A stretch of DNA of 63,951 nucleotides, counting the filler, from Octopus bimaculoides (taxonomy: Eukaryota), in assembly GCF_001194135.2 (NCBI RefSeq). It is 7 parts of 6 records of this genome, joined end to end, with 100 filler letters (N's around TTAATTAATTAA, not from the genome) between each part and the next. Parts side by side here need not be neighbours in the genome. Positions count along the whole stretch, not along the records: positions 61,908 to 63,951 come from NC_068988.1; 6 more parts are not named here. The stretch is one strand, 5' to 3'. Under the pieces are notes generated by a model. It searched no databases and was not told the DNA's origin. It saw nothing but the letters and a program-made list of their open reading frames with translations. Each line of letters begins with the position of its first letter. Within the stretch, counting starts at the first letter, position 1. Positions 63,701 to 63,951 of the stretch are shown piece after piece. The position numbers were made by a program, and so were the translations under genes.

Positions 63701-63951
63701 TGTCACGGCCACCGTCGACCTTGTCATTAGCCATCATTTCTTATTCGATCTTCATCATAACCATATTATTAGCTATAGAAAAGGAGGGCTGTTTACGACA
63801 GACGAAAGAGCAGGGGACGGGAAACTCAGAGAATGAGACAAGAGCTTTGCATTGAATATAAAGAGAACATTGGAAGCAGTAAAACAATGAGAAAAAGAGA
63901 GAGAGAGTGAGTGAGTGAGTGAGTGAGTGAGTGAGTGAGCGAGTGAGTGAG

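Overview
Repeat-dense, gap-riddled animal genomic DNA, most likely octopus (inferred from the tRNA-derived SINE families and microsatellite load; not verified by search). None of the listed ORFs is a convincing intact gene. They are microsatellite translations, N-gap read-throughs or pieces of decayed transposons. Recognisable elements include R4/Dong-, HERO-, Tx1/L1-, RTE-, CR1- and Penelope-like retroelements, a DD34D mariner, a DD37D maT-like element, a DD34E Tc1, several MITEs and three or more SINE families. A few short candidate exons suggest a + strand host gene inside a CpG-depleted block (about 19.4-41.5 kb) and perhaps a - strand gene starting at a YY1/CCAAT promoter-like site near 56.7 kb. 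The most notable signal is a set of hammerhead ribozyme motifs read directly from the sequence. Two are type I hammerheads with unusually long stem II domains (33130-33250, 36198-36289); both lie on the + strand and bracket two in-frame candidate microexons. A third, minimal hammerhead-like motif sits in a 148-bp mobile unit present twice. There is also a roughly 10-unit satellite built from SINE 5' halves, fused to a large inverted duplication. Folding and homology calls were made by eye; nothing was computed or searched.
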